A DNA stretch of 64,000 nucleotides from Granulicella sp. (GTDB lineage Bacteria > Acidobacteriota > Terriglobia > Terriglobales > Acidobacteriaceae). The stretch's first letter is position 1. Every line of letters starts with the position of its first letter. The position numbers were made by a program, and so were the translations under genes. Positions 47,134-57,803 of this stretch are shown piece after piece. The notes under the pieces were generated by a model that saw only the letters and a program-made list of their open reading frames with translations, did not search any database and was not told where the DNA came from. The DNA is taken from NCBI GenBank assembly GCA_027339965.1, contig DAHWNL010000078.1, positions 96,001 through 160,000 of the forward strand, in the 5' to 3' direction.

Positions 47134-48263
47134 GTGAGCGCTCAACGAAGCCCAGGGTCAGAGCGCGGCGAGTTCGGCCATGGTCGTGTCGTGGCGTAGC
47201 TTCCACTGGTCGGGGAGCCACAGGTCGAGGTCGGCGTCGGGCGTGACCGGCAGGTTGGTAAGCAGTTGGGTGAAGTAGATCTGCGGGTCGACCGCGTGGC
47301 GGCGGCAGGTCGAGGTCAGGCTGGAATAAGATGGCTGCCGTACGTCCGCCGCGCGGGTTGCCGACGAAGAGGCTGTTCTTCCGGTTTAGAACCACGCGCT
47401 TCATCTCGCACTCGCTGACACGATTGTCCAGCGGTATGGCGGGGTCGAAGAGGAAAACAGTCATCTCGGGCCATTGCCGGAGGGCGCAGCCGACAGCGTC
47501 GGCCATGGGATGCTTGGGCAGCAGGTACTCTTTCCAGCCAAGCAGCTTCTCGCGCGGCGCCGAGTGCTCCCCGCGCAGCGCCAGTCTGGCCGCAGGCTCC
47601 AGATCTTTTGCCTTGCGTTCGACCGCGTAGAGCGCGCGCACGTACTCGACCGCGGCAGCGGCGATCTCGGGAGCGGACTTTTCGGCTTCGACGAATCTTC
47701 TTTTCAGATGCGCCCAGCAGCCGGCGTGCGTGATGCCGTTGCGGGCGACAACTCCGTTGTAGCCGTCGTAACCATCGGAGAGCGCCAACTCGGCAGTCCC
47801 ATCATCCCCACCCTTGCTCTCCCACGGCGACCGGCATCGCTTCCAGCACCCGAATCACCGCGCAAAGTTGATCGCCGTCAAATCCAGGCCCCACCAGAAG
47901 GCTGCGCCCACCGCAAAGGGGAACTTCGATGGTAGACCTGTTCGAGCCCAACGAACTGCCCTCGGTCGGCTCCGCTTGAAGAGCCGGTGACTGGCGACTG
48001 GGTTTTTTCTCGCGAATGCCCCAACGACCGCAACCTCAACAAAACCGTCTGCCGCTCCATCCCTCAACCTCGGCCGCCAGGCGTAAAACCGCCCAACGCG
48101 CAGATCGCGTGCTCGGCAAAACGCCGCCACGCTCGCGCCGCTCATCTCCTGATCTCGAACCTGCTCCCGCCAAACCACCTACTCCGTCTTATCATGACGC
48201 CGCATGGGTCGAGTCTTACGCACCTCGACATCCCGCACAAGATGGCCTTCGTTGAGCGCTCAC
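47134..48263 (-). mobile_element. Internally deleted IS66-family element
   Basis: Perfect 17-bp terminal IRs GTGAGCGCTCAACGAAG (47134-47150) and CTTCGTTGAGCGCTCAC (48247-48263); tnpC fragment (SDGYDGY, HAGCWAHLKRRF, DNRVSE, RKNSLF) and tnpA fragment (SGASVAAFCRA...FYAWR); only 1130 bp. Confidence 0.88.
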
Positions 48264-48286
48264 GGAATTTCTGCTCGATCTGAGGG

Positions 48287-49303
48287 TCAAGTCAGTACCG
48301 TCACCGGACCGCGACCCCTCCAGTTCGGGAAGGGAGACTGGCTGGCTCGCCGCAGTCGTCCTATCATCTCCCGCAGGCGATGGCGTCTGGCAAGCAGCGT
48401 AACTACAAGCAACTCGAGTCGATGGAGATCCGCCCCATGCCATTCTGGCGGCATGGTTTGGGCCAAGCTCCACAGAATGTCGGGGTCAAACTCTTCCATC
48501 CGGCTGAGCCATGGTTCGAAGCTGTTCCACCCGGTCACCCCAGCATAGACTCTATTGTCTGTGCACCTTCCTAGGAGTGGGGTGTCCTGAAACTCCCAAC
48601 GGCTGCCGCTGAAGCAGGACCCCTGATCGATGAACAGAACACGATACTCGGGCTCTTGCGCATTGCGTAGAAAGATGGCTTGGCGACGGTCGGTGTTGCC
48701 GGTCCATTGGTCGAAGGCGAGCATGGGGGCGAACTCACCTAGATTGCATACATTGCGGAGCCACTCGCCAGGCAGGAGATCAAAGGCTTGCTGATGCAGA
48801 ACCCCAGCGCCGAAACGGCTTCCGAACTGCAAGCCGCTAGCGCATCTCTCCCAACGCTGGTCTCCATAATGAATGATGAGTTGCGGACTGCGTTCGATCA
48901 GCCATTCACTGACCTGGATCATTCCCGTCCTCGGCACGGACAGCCCCACCACCTCTGCCATGCGGTTAGCCAGAAACTCATTGGCCGGTACCCGGGGATG
49001 CTGGGGATTATTCTTGAACTTAACCACCCACACTGCGTGGTCTTCACCCAAGATCAACTTGCTCTGCGAACCGCCTCGCAGGGAGGAGATCGCGTGCATC
49101 GCCCTTATCGGCGTCTCTTGGAAAGGCCCCATCTGTCTGGCCGGCTGTCCGGTCAGCGTAGAAACGGCTTCTGAAGCCCCATGCGCTGTCTCCGCCAAGG
49201 GGTTCAGCGATGCTTTGCTCTCCATCCGTCGGGAGGCGCACAATAAGGGTTCTACAGACGCGTCTACTGTCACACTCTGCCACGCGCTCGCTCCCATAAG
49301 CAC
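48287..49303 (-). CDS. HipA-like Ser/Thr kinase (HipA_2 type)
   Basis: RGGSQ, VVKF, NEFLA, FDQWTGNTDRR and FIDQG kinase motifs; the true start is probably downstream of 49303. Confidence 0.75.
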   Translation of the reverse strand: MLMGASAWQSVTVDASVEPLLCASRRMESKASLNPLAETAHGASEAVSTLTGQPARQMGPFQETPIRAMHAISSLRGGSQSKLILGEDHAVWVVKFKNNPQHPRVPANEFLANRMAEVVGLSVPRTGMIQVSEWLIERSPQLIIHYGDQRWERCASGLQFGSRFGAGVLHQQAFDLLPGEWLRNVCNLGEFAPMLAFDQWTGNTDRRQAIFLRNAQEPEYRVLFIDQGSCFSGSRWEFQDTPLLGRCTDNRVYAGVTGWNSFEPWLSRMEEFDPDILWSLAQTMPPEWHGADLHRLELLVVTLLARRHRLREMIGRLRRASQSPFPNWRGRGPVTVLT

Positions 49304-49976
49304 ACACCTCTAGGTGTTAATCGGAGAAAGAAGGTGTATCATGAGATGTGTCGCAATTTGGAGCATCCTTCGCCCAGATTCCATCGCAGTCCGCCGCCCG
49401 ATACCCTCCGCGCTTCCAGTCTGATCCCAGCCAGCGCATGAAGGCCCTCCAGTGGGTTGTCATTCTTCCAACCCATGCTCTTGTTCGCTAAACCGAGCTC
49501 GGGCCTCCACTCTGCCGTCCACAGGTTCGTGGCGACTGTTGGTCGGATCCAACCGCCCCGCTCTAATGCCGGCTTGTTCGGAAATTCCCAGTTCTTTCCT
49601 GGCTCCTTATGCTTGTCAGCGCCAGTTCTTGCCTGAAAGCGCTCTCCAAGTGCGTACCTGGATCTTCACTTCTCTGAGCCTGCCAACAGCCTCGCAACCG
49701 ATCCCCGGCAACAATTCTTCCTCGCCCTCGGAGCCGGCAACACGGAACCAGAGTCCTCTGCGGAGATGAGCGGTCTACTCTCTCTATCCCACTCAGGACT
49801 GGTCTCAGTCACCACCCTTTCATCCGCGGAGATCCAGGATCTTCGTCTTGTGATGAAGCTCACATACGATCGCCCTTTTCGTGCCGCCCAATAAGGCAAC
49901 ATCGAATTGTCCTCCCGAGATTCACCCTCTAGAGGGCCGGTTCGCTGCAATTGCCGGGCGAAAGCGACATCGCTTG

Positions 49977-50450
49977 ATGAAAAACTTCCGGGATTCGGAA
50001 CATCTGCTCAGATTCGCCTTTCTGTTTGCGATGGTGCTCGCCCTCTTTCTAATCGTGCGCCACTTCGTCGTGCCCAAGAGTTTCGGAGAATACGGCCACT
50101 ATCGCGGGGCTGCCATCGGCGAGACCGCCGCACGGCCGATTCACTTCGCCGGACAATCCGCCTGCGCAACCTGCCACACGGACATCGCGGCAACCAAACA
50201 GGCCGGCATGCACGCTGGCGTTCACTGCGAAGCTTGCCACGGGCCTCTGGCCAAGCATGCCGCCGATCCGGCATCCGTTCAGCCGCCCAAACTTGACACC
50301 GCAGTTTTGTGCGTCCGGTGCCATGCAGCCAGCGCCGCCAAGCCGAAGAACTTCCCCCAGGTAGCCGCGGCAGAGCACTCCGGCGGATTGGTCTGTGAGA
50401 CCTGCCACCACCCCCACAGCCCTGCTATTCAAAGTGAAGGCGCCAAATGA
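49977..50450 (+). CDS. Membrane-anchored tetraheme cytochrome c
   Basis: TM helix; CATCH, CEACH, CVRCH and CETCH. Confidence 0.88.
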   Translation: MKNFRDSEHLLRFAFLFAMVLALFLIVRHFVVPKSFGEYGHYRGAAIGETAARPIHFAGQSACATCHTDIAATKQAGMHAGVHCEACHGPLAKHAADPASVQPPKLDTAVLCVRCHAASAAKPKNFPQVAAAEHSGGLVCETCHHPHSPAIQSEGAK

Positions 50451-51181
50451 ATCTCAGTCGACGTCAATTTCTCGTGCTGGTGCCAGCCACGGCTGTCGCA
50501 TGGCAGTATGTGCTTGCCGGCACCCCCCGGGATGCCCCTAACTACCAGCTCGCCGACCACTGGTGGGGCATGTTGCTTGATATCACCAAGTGCATCGGCT
50601 GCGGAAACTGCGTCCGCGCCTGCCAGGCAGAGAACGATGTCCCTGACGGATACTTTCGCACCTGGGTCGAACGCTACCTCAGAACCGATTGGAATCTGAC
50701 CACCCCGGAGGTCATCTCTCCCGACGGCGGCAAAGAAGGCTTCCCGACCGCCGAAGAGGTCAAGGATGGCATGTACTTCTTCGTTCCCAAGATGTGCAAC
50801 CACTGCGCCGACTCTCCCTGTACCCAGGTCTGTCCCGTAGGAGCCACCTTCATCACCCCGGACGGCGTCGTCCTCATCGACCAGACCTACTGCCTTGGCT
50901 GCGCCTACTGCGTGCAGGCCTGCCCCTATGGGTGCCGCTATATTCACCCTACAAGACACGTCGCCGACAAGTGCACGCTCTGCTATCACCGCATCACCAA
51001 GGGCCTTACCACGGCCTGCTGTGAGAACTGCCCCACCGGGGCGCGTCAACTGGTCGATCTCAAAAACCCCAATGATCCCATCCATGCCTTTTTGAAGACG
51101 CATGACGTGCATGTCCTCAAGCCGGAGATGGCAACGGGAGCAAAGGCCTTTTACAACGGTTTGGATGGCTCGGTGCGATAA
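50447..51181 (+). CDS. Tat-exported 4x[4Fe-4S] ferredoxin (NrfC/PsrB/DsrO-like)
   Basis: SRRQFL; CIGCGNCVRAC, CNHCADSPCTQVCP, CLGCAYCVQACP and KCTLC...CCENCP. Confidence 0.9.
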   Translation: MNLSRRQFLVLVPATAVAWQYVLAGTPRDAPNYQLADHWWGMLLDITKCIGCGNCVRACQAENDVPDGYFRTWVERYLRTDWNLTTPEVISPDGGKEGFPTAEEVKDGMYFFVPKMCNHCADSPCTQVCPVGATFITPDGVVLIDQTYCLGCAYCVQACPYGCRYIHPTRHVADKCTLCYHRITKGLTTACCENCPTGARQLVDLKNPNDPIHAFLKTHDVHVLKPEMATGAKAFYNGLDGSVR

Positions 51182-51199
51182 AAGGAGGAACGGACCATT

Positions 51200-52390
51200 A
51201 TGGGCGGCGTCGAAGGCTACATGTATCCCAATGAGATCAATCTGTACTGGAGCGTCCTGATCGTCGTGTACCCCTACGTCACGGGACTGGTCGCAGGCGC
51301 CTTCATTCTGGCATCCCTGGTCCGCATCTTCAACGTGAAAGAGGTCGCCCCGACCTATCGGCTCGCTCTCTTGACCGCCTTGGCGTTCCTCATTGTGGCG
51401 CCCTTGCCGTTGCTGCTCCACCTCGGTCATCCCGAGCGCTGTTTTGAGATGTACTTCACCCCCCATGACACCTCGGCCATGGCCATGTTTGGCTACGTCT
51501 ATATCTGGTACCTAATGGCTGTGCTGTTGTTCGAGATCTGGCTTGACTTCCGCCATGACATCATCCTCACCGCCCGCTCCTCAAAGGGCCTCAAGCGAGC
51601 CTTCTATGTCCTGCTGAGTCTGGGCTCGAATAACACCAGCGAGCACTCTCTCGCCGTCGATGAACGTGCCGGATGGATCGTCACTCTGATTGGCATTCCT
51701 TCCGCCTTCCTTCTCCACGGATACGTTGGCTTCATCTTCGGTTCCATCAAAGCCAATCCGTGGTGGAGTTCACCCCTCATGCCGGTGGTCTTCATCTTCT
51801 CCGCCATGGTCTCCGGCATCGCTCTGGTGCTGCTGGTCTATATGTTCACCACACGTGCGCGCCATCGCGAAATCGACATGCCCTGCGTGGACACCATCGC
51901 CAGGTATCTCCTCTATATCTTCATCATCGACTTTGTCATGGAGATGCTCGACCTGGTCCATCGCATCTATGTCGCCGACGAGAGCTTCCGTTCCATCAAC
52001 TTTATGGTCCACACCAAACTCTACTTCTCCCAGATTGTCCTTCAGATCTACATCGGAACCCTGGTACCGCTGATCCTCCTGGGCATCGTTCAGGTGACCA
52101 GACTCTCCCCATCCCTGCGCAAGGCCATCTATGCCCTTTCGGCTGCACTGATCGAGATCGCAGTGGTCTCCATGCGCTGGAATGTGGTCATCGGCGGGCA
52201 GCTCTTCTCCAAAAGCTTCCTCGGATATACCACCTACAAGATCGGCCTGATTACTCACGAAGGGCTGTTCATGGCCGTCTTCCTCACCCTGCTCCCGCTG
52301 GCCTTCCTGTGGGTCCTGGTCAAGATACTTCCCCCTTGGCCGGAGCTCAAGCGGGGTATGAATCGCGTCGCAAGTGTAACCATGCCATAA
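51200..52390 (+). CDS. NrfD/PsrC-family quinol-interacting membrane subunit
   Basis: WSVLIVVYPYVTGLVAG, HLGHPER, LHGYVGFIF and RWNVVIGGQ; multiple TM helices; AGGAGG RBS. Confidence 0.9.
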   Translation: MGGVEGYMYPNEINLYWSVLIVVYPYVTGLVAGAFILASLVRIFNVKEVAPTYRLALLTALAFLIVAPLPLLLHLGHPERCFEMYFTPHDTSAMAMFGYVYIWYLMAVLLFEIWLDFRHDIILTARSSKGLKRAFYVLLSLGSNNTSEHSLAVDERAGWIVTLIGIPSAFLLHGYVGFIFGSIKANPWWSSPLMPVVFIFSAMVSGIALVLLVYMFTTRARHREIDMPCVDTIARYLLYIFIIDFVMEMLDLVHRIYVADESFRSINFMVHTKLYFSQIVLQIYIGTLVPLILLGIVQVTRLSPSLRKAIYALSAALIEIAVVSMRWNVVIGGQLFSKSFLGYTTYKIGLITHEGLFMAVFLTLLPLAFLWVLVKILPPWPELKRGMNRVASVTMP

Positions 52391-52429
52391 CTGCGCCCGA
52401 CTGAGACCATCCCGGGTGAAGGGGGGACC

Positions 52430-54181
52430 ATGAACGAAGACCCCTTAAACGAGGTCGAGCAGTTGAGCCAACGCCTGGACGCTCGATTGCGTGCATTGGA
52501 GAGGCGGGTTGATCAGCTGGAGCGCCGGCAGGAAAGATCCTCGTCTCCACGAAACCCTTCGCTCGCTCATGCCCTGGAGCCCAGTGCCGAACCCACAATA
52601 CCGTCTCTGCCCGGCACGGGTGGAACCCTCCCGATTCTTGGCAGAGCAGTACTTGGGATCGCGGGTGCTTACCTTCTCCGCGCCATGGCTCAGCTGGCTT
52701 CGCCCCTACATTTCGCGGTTCTTGCACTGGCCATCGTCTATGCCATGAGCTGGCTGGCGCTGGCCGGCAGAGTTCGTCATGCGGCGTGGTTTGCGCGCCC
52801 CACCTATGCTCTCACCTCGGCCCTGATTCTCATTCCCATGCTGTGGGAGATGACGCTTCGCTTCCAGATGTTCAGCCCGGTCACCAGCGCCTGCGTTCTT
52901 GGAGCCTTCGCGCTGGAGGGATTGGTTCTTACCTGGAGGTGTTACAGTGCGACCGTGCTCTGGTTGGCCTATAGCGCTTCCCTGGCGGGATCCATCGCAC
53001 TCATGTTCGCGGCTCATCGGGTGATGCCATTTGGATGGGTGGTGCTCGGAGTTGCCTTGGCGAGCGAGATCGCCCAAAGCATGGGCCATAGGCTGCGGGG
53101 ACGTCTCCTCTCCGCGATTGCCATCGACTTAATCATCAGCTTTTTGATCTACGTCTACTCCATGCCGGAGAACGCTCGCCCAGCTTACCCCGATGCATCG
53201 ATCCCTCTTCTGGTCGCGTTGGCCTCCATTCCGTTCTTTCTCTATCTTGGCAGCTACTCTATCCAAACCCTATCCAACACGCGAACCATCACGGTCTTTG
53301 AGATGGCTCAGATCGTGCTCACATTCTTCTTTGCCTGCTACGGTTCCATGGTGCTCAGCTCCGGGCGCTACAAGGTTGCCATTGGAGCCATCTGCATTGC
53401 ATTGGCTGCCGCGGGCTATGGCATTGCCCCATGGCGCTTGGGCGATCAAAACCACCCGCGCAACCTTCGCGCCTACACCACCGCAAGCACAGCCTGGATG
53501 CTTCTCGGTTGCTCCCTTGCGCTTCCCCATGCATGGTTGGCGCCGGTACTGGGTCTGGCAGCCTTCATCGTAACCTTGGTAGGAGGGTGCCGGTCAGAGC
53601 CTATTCTGCTGGCCCAGGGCGGAGCCCTTCTGCTGGCGGCTTCGTTCTTCTCAGGGCTCCTAGAATTCTGCTTGCATGCTCTATCCGGGACGCACCCCTT
53701 AGCGCCTCCATGGATCATCTTGCTCGTTCTGGCTTTCGCTATGCTTGCCTATGCAGCCGGAGCCCGCAGTCCGCAGGGACAGACCGAGGTAGAGATCGCA
53801 CAACTCGCTTCAGCGTCTCTGATCAGCGCAACCGCGGCGTCCTTCGCAACATTTTTCATCGAGACGGCTATCGCGCATCGCGGAGGCCTGAAACTGCTCT
53901 ATACCGGAGGCTTGCTGGAGTTCCTTCAAACGCTGATGCTGTGCGCTCTTTCTCTGTGCCTGGCGGCAATCGGACCGCGCTGGAACAAGAACATACTGAC
54001 TTGGCTGGCCTACACAACGCTCGTGATGACCGCTGCTAAAATCCTTCTTGAGGACGCGCTCCACGGGCATCTGGTGTTCATCGCCGCTTCTTTCATTCTC
54101 TATGCTGCCACCTTGATGCTCCTGCCGCGTCTCTCCCGTCCTCGCCGCAAGGGACCGGCTCTGATCTCAAAGCTCCTTTGA
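52430..54181 (+). CDS. Polytopic membrane protein (DUF2339-like)
   Basis: N-terminal coiled coil (LRALERRVDQLE) followed by many hydrophobic helices. Confidence 0.6.
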   Translation: MNEDPLNEVEQLSQRLDARLRALERRVDQLERRQERSSSPRNPSLAHALEPSAEPTIPSLPGTGGTLPILGRAVLGIAGAYLLRAMAQLASPLHFAVLALAIVYAMSWLALAGRVRHAAWFARPTYALTSALILIPMLWEMTLRFQMFSPVTSACVLGAFALEGLVLTWRCYSATVLWLAYSASLAGSIALMFAAHRVMPFGWVVLGVALASEIAQSMGHRLRGRLLSAIAIDLIISFLIYVYSMPENARPAYPDASIPLLVALASIPFFLYLGSYSIQTLSNTRTITVFEMAQIVLTFFFACYGSMVLSSGRYKVAIGAICIALAAAGYGIAPWRLGDQNHPRNLRAYTTASTAWMLLGCSLALPHAWLAPVLGLAAFIVTLVGGCRSEPILLAQGGALLLAASFFSGLLEFCLHALSGTHPLAPPWIILLVLAFAMLAYAAGARSPQGQTEVEIAQLASASLISATAASFATFFIETAIAHRGGLKLLYTGGLLEFLQTLMLCALSLCLAAIGPRWNKNILTWLAYTTLVMTAAKILLEDALHGHLVFIAASFILYAATLMLLPRLSRPRRKGPALISKLL

Positions 54182-54260
54182 CAATGTTACTGAAGCGCTG
54201 GAATCCGGCCCCTAAAGCTTCCCAACCCGCTGCGTTGCTCCCCTGACACTACTACAGGAT

Positions 54261-54327
54261 CTGCCGCGCCCCGCCCGGCGCCTGATCCAGAGCCGCAGGA
54301 TCGGCGCCAAACGGACGGCAGCTTTTT
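54261..54327 (+). terminator. Hairpin plus T tract between convergent genes
   Basis: CTGCCG...GGCGCC-TGATCC...GGATC-GGCGCC...CGGCAG followed by CTTTTT. Confidence 0.5.
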
Positions 54328-54328
54328 G

Positions 54329-55123
54329 TCATTGGTTGGAGGTTGAGCCGGATGGCGTCGAGGATTGGGGAGTGGTACTGCTTGAGGCCGACGGGGCCTG
54401 ACCCGACGCGCCGCCCGGAGCCACGGAAGAGGATGGGGCCGAGGATGAGGATGGCGTTGAGGATGACGAAGAAGTCGAGGATGATGGGAGGGGAGCGATG
54501 ATCACATCCTGCACTTCAGGCTGGATCGTAGCTGACCCACAGTCCGAATTGTTGCCTGCAGCGTCAAACCGGCAGCCGTAGAGGCCTTCGGTGGGAACTC
54601 CGCAGTCTCCTGCATTCAGCTCCGAGACCCACCAGCCTGAACCAACTGGGCGCTTGCGCGTGTTGCCCTTGGCGTAGATCGCCATCAGAGTGGAACCGGA
54701 GGCTGACTGGCCATTGCCACAGCTAAAGGTCCGATCGTTGCTTATATAGAGAACCTTGCTGTGATTGTCCCAGGCCTCATTGACCAGCACCGGGTTCCCG
54801 GAGTTATCCACATCCAACTGCTCGGCCCAGAAGGAACGGTCATGCGGGCTTCCTTTGAAGTGAACAGCAGCTTTTCCCTTGCCGAAGTCTTTGGTCGCGG
54901 CTTTTTTGACAGCTTTCGGTCCGGGCTTTGGGGCAGCCGCCTTGGCTTGGATCGGCGGAGTGACATGAATATTCGGCACGGACGGAGCAGGTTGCGGAGC
55001 CGGTTGGGTGACGGGTTGATTCGCAGCTACTTCGGGCTTTGGAGACTGCTTACAGGCAACGGCTATACATGCCAACGCGGTAGCCATGAAGATGGCGCCA
55101 GTACGGAAGAACCTAACGTTCAT
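54329..55123 (-). CDS. Hypothetical lipoprotein with Pro-rich linker and Ser-rich tail
   Basis: Lipobox AVAC; four further Cys in the globular part; low-complexity C-terminus. Confidence 0.7.
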   Translation of the reverse strand: MNVRFFRTGAIFMATALACIAVACKQSPKPEVAANQPVTQPAPQPAPSVPNIHVTPPIQAKAAAPKPGPKAVKKAATKDFGKGKAAVHFKGSPHDRSFWAEQLDVDNSGNPVLVNEAWDNHSKVLYISNDRTFSCGNGQSASGSTLMAIYAKGNTRKRPVGSGWWVSELNAGDCGVPTEGLYGCRFDAAGNNSDCGSATIQPEVQDVIIAPLPSSSTSSSSSTPSSSSAPSSSVAPGGASGQAPSASSSTTPQSSTPSGSTSNQ

Positions 55124-55289
55124 ATCGATCCTTTCTTTTGCAAAGAACTTGTAATTTCAATACAACGGAAGATTGTACGCCGGCAGTTGGTTCGGGAAAA
55201 TATGCGCTTCGAAAGTCTGGTTCCTTGGACTCCGCCATCCCTCGCAAGCATCAAGGTAGCGCCACCGGTGGATAGCCATAATCCCCTCC

Positions 55290-57803
55290 TCAGCGGTACC
55301 AGAGAATCTGCTTGGCCTCGAGCGGGATGGTTGCCTCCGGATGGTAGGCAATCACGCGCGGAGTAAAGTCCCCCGCAGGCCGGAGAGCAGGCACGGATGC
55401 CGTGAAGCACGGGCTTCCTTTGTCTTTGCATGGATCTTCCAACGTCATGGTGATCGGAGACGGATCGCTCCCCTCGAGCGGTTCGGCGTACAGTTGCACT
55501 CTGACCGATTTGGGGCTGAGATCACCCAGGTAGACCTGGGCACGGACGTGGTGATGATCCCCTTGCGTCTCCACGTCAACCGATAGGAAGCGAACTTTAG
55601 GCCATTCCTCGGACAGTTGTCGCTGCCAGCGGAGCAGGCCTGCCGCAGTTTTGGACCCGGATCTGCTTCGACGCATATAGCTTGCCGCCAAAGGAGCATA
55701 GTACTTTGTGGTGTACTCCTGCACGCAGCGGGTCGCGGAAAAGGCCGGCGTCAGGCGCGCCATGCTTTCCCGCACCCGATTGATCCATGCGATGGGCAAG
55801 CCCTCTTCATTCCGGTCGTAAAACTCTGGAATCACCCGCTGTTCAAGGAGCGTATAGAGTTGTTGGGCTTCGGCGGCATCCCAGGCCGGATCGTCTCCGT
55901 GATCCAGCCCATCGCCCAATGCCCAGCCCAGGCCAGGCTGATAGGCCTCCGCCCACCAGCCGTCAAGTACTGAGAGGTTTAAACCGCCGTTGACAAGAAC
56001 CTTCATACCGCTGGTGCCGCAAGCTTCCCATGGACGACGTGGCGTATTCAACCAAACATCGACGCCATGCACCAGATGCTCCGTCAGACGCATATCGTAG
56101 TCACTCAAAAAGACTACCTTCGGCCGAGCTGCGGTGTGACGAATAAACTGGATCCACTGGCGGATCATCTCCTGGCCCGCGGTATCCTGGGGATGAGCCT
56201 TGCCGGCGAGGACCAGCTGCACAGGGCGATCCTTGTTGGTCAGGATCGACAAGAGACGATCCTGATCCATCAGCAGCAGGTTGGGCCGTTTATAAGTGGC
56301 AAAGCGCCTTGCAAATCCCAGAGTGAGCGTATCCGGATCAAAGATGGTCTCCATCTCTTTCACTTCATCCGCCGAGGCGCCATAGGACGCGGTCTGCCGC
56401 GCCAGCCGCTTGCGAACCACCTGGACGAGCGACTTCCTGGAAGCTGCGCGCATCTGCCAAAGCCGCGCGCTGGGGATACGGCGGATCTGCTCTTCGATCT
56501 GTTGCAAATCGCCGTCCCAACGTTGTCCTCCACAAGCTTCTGTCCACAGATTGTCTGATTCCGTAGAGTCCCAGATGGGCACGTGAACTCCGTTGGTGAC
56601 CGAACCAATGGGCACCTCGGGCTCTGGCCAGCGCGGGAAGATGTCCTGAAAGAGTTGGCGGCTTACTTGACCATGCAGACGGCTGACGCCGTTCACGGCT
56701 CCGCTGCCGCGCATCGCCAGCAGTGCCATGCTGAACGGTTCACGGGGATCATCAGGATTTTTACGTCCAAGAGCAAGGAAGTCATGCATGGAGATGCGCA
56801 AGGCATCCTGCACATAGTGCCGGAAGTGGTTCTCCACCAGCTCCGGGGCAAATCGATCAAAGCCGGCGGCTACCGCGGTATGAGTTGTAAAAAGATTACC
56901 GACGCGGGTGAGGGTCAAGGCGGCTTCAAAGGAAACGCCCTGCTCTTCCATATACTCCCTGGCGCGCTCGATGATTGCAAAAGCGGCATGCCCCTCGTTG
57001 AGATGGCAAATCTCGGGCCGCAGTCCCAACTCTCGCAGCAGCCGCCACCCGCAGATGCCAAGAATCAGTTCCTGCTGAATTCGCAGTTCAGGCCCTCCGC
57101 CGTAGAGTTCGCTGGCTATACCCCGATACTCCGGCAGATTGGCCGGATCATTCGTGTCGAGCAAATAGAGCGTTGTCCGTCCTACATCGGCCTGCCACAC
57201 CCTCACCCATAGTTGAAAACCGGGTAGCTGGAGGCTGATCCTCAACCATCCGCCATTGGCCCTGCGAACGGGCCGGATGGGGAGCTGGCCAGGATTGTTG
57301 AACGGATATAGCGCTTCTTGCCGGCCGTCGGCGTCGATCCGTTGCCGGAAGTAGCCCACCTGGTAGAGCAGGCCAACGGCAACCACCGGGACGCCAAGAT
57401 CGCTGGCGGCCTTGAGTTGGTCGCCGGCAACGTTGCCAAGGCCACCGGAGTAGATAGGCAGCGCGTCGTTCAGCATGTATTCCATGCTGAAATAAGCCAC
57501 GGAAGTGAATGGACTCTTGGTATAAGCTCGTTCAAACCAACTTTTGATCTCTTCGCGCCGTTCCTTTCGCTGATAGATCTCATCCAGAGCCTTCCTGAAC
57601 TGGGCGTCGGAGGAGAGCGATGCCAGTCGCTCTTCGGAAACGGTTTGCAGCATGGCACACGGGTTCCGCGTCAGTTCCCAAAGTTCCGGGTCCAACTGGC
57701 TCCAGAGACTGTCTGCGGCGTGGTTCCAGGACCAACGCATGTTGACGGAGAGTTCCGTCAGGGCGTCTCTCACAGAGTTGGCGGAGAAAAAATCGGCTTC
57801 CAT
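55290..57803 (-). CDS. glgP: Alpha-glucan (glycogen/maltodextrin) phosphorylase
   Basis: [22 protein letters not shown] and EACGTSGMK (PLP Lys) motifs. Confidence 0.95.
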   Translation of the reverse strand: MEADFFSANSVRDALTELSVNMRWSWNHAADSLWSQLDPELWELTRNPCAMLQTVSEERLASLSSDAQFRKALDEIYQRKERREEIKSWFERAYTKSPFTSVAYFSMEYMLNDALPIYSGGLGNVAGDQLKAASDLGVPVVAVGLLYQVGYFRQRIDADGRQEALYPFNNPGQLPIRPVRRANGGWLRISLQLPGFQLWVRVWQADVGRTTLYLLDTNDPANLPEYRGIASELYGGGPELRIQQELILGICGWRLLRELGLRPEICHLNEGHAAFAIIERAREYMEEQGVSFEAALTLTRVGNLFTTHTAVAAGFDRFAPELVENHFRHYVQDALRISMHDFLALGRKNPDDPREPFSMALLAMRGSGAVNGVSRLHGQVSRQLFQDIFPRWPEPEVPIGSVTNGVHVPIWDSTESDNLWTEACGGQRWDGDLQQIEEQIRRIPSARLWQMRAASRKSLVQVVRKRLARQTASYGASADEVKEMETIFDPDTLTLGFARRFATYKRPNLLLMDQDRLLSILTNKDRPVQLVLAGKAHPQDTAGQEMIRQWIQFIRHTAARPKVVFLSDYDMRLTEHLVHGVDVWLNTPRRPWEACGTSGMKVLVNGGLNLSVLDGWWAEAYQPGLGWALGDGLDHGDDPAWDAAEAQQLYTLLEQRVIPEFYDRNEEGLPIAWINRVRESMARLTPAFSATRCVQEYTTKYYAPLAASYMRRSRSGSKTAAGLLRWQRQLSEEWPKVRFLSVDVETQGDHHHVRAQVYLGDLSPKSVRVQLYAEPLEGSDPSPITMTLEDPCKDKGSPCFTASVPALRPAGDFTPRVIAYHPEATIPLEAKQILWYR

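Noticed and set aside
46706..47788. 360-aa minus-strand ORF as an intact gene
   Set aside because: Only the first part is IS66 tnpC. It frameshifts and runs out of the element antisense into the PBP gene.
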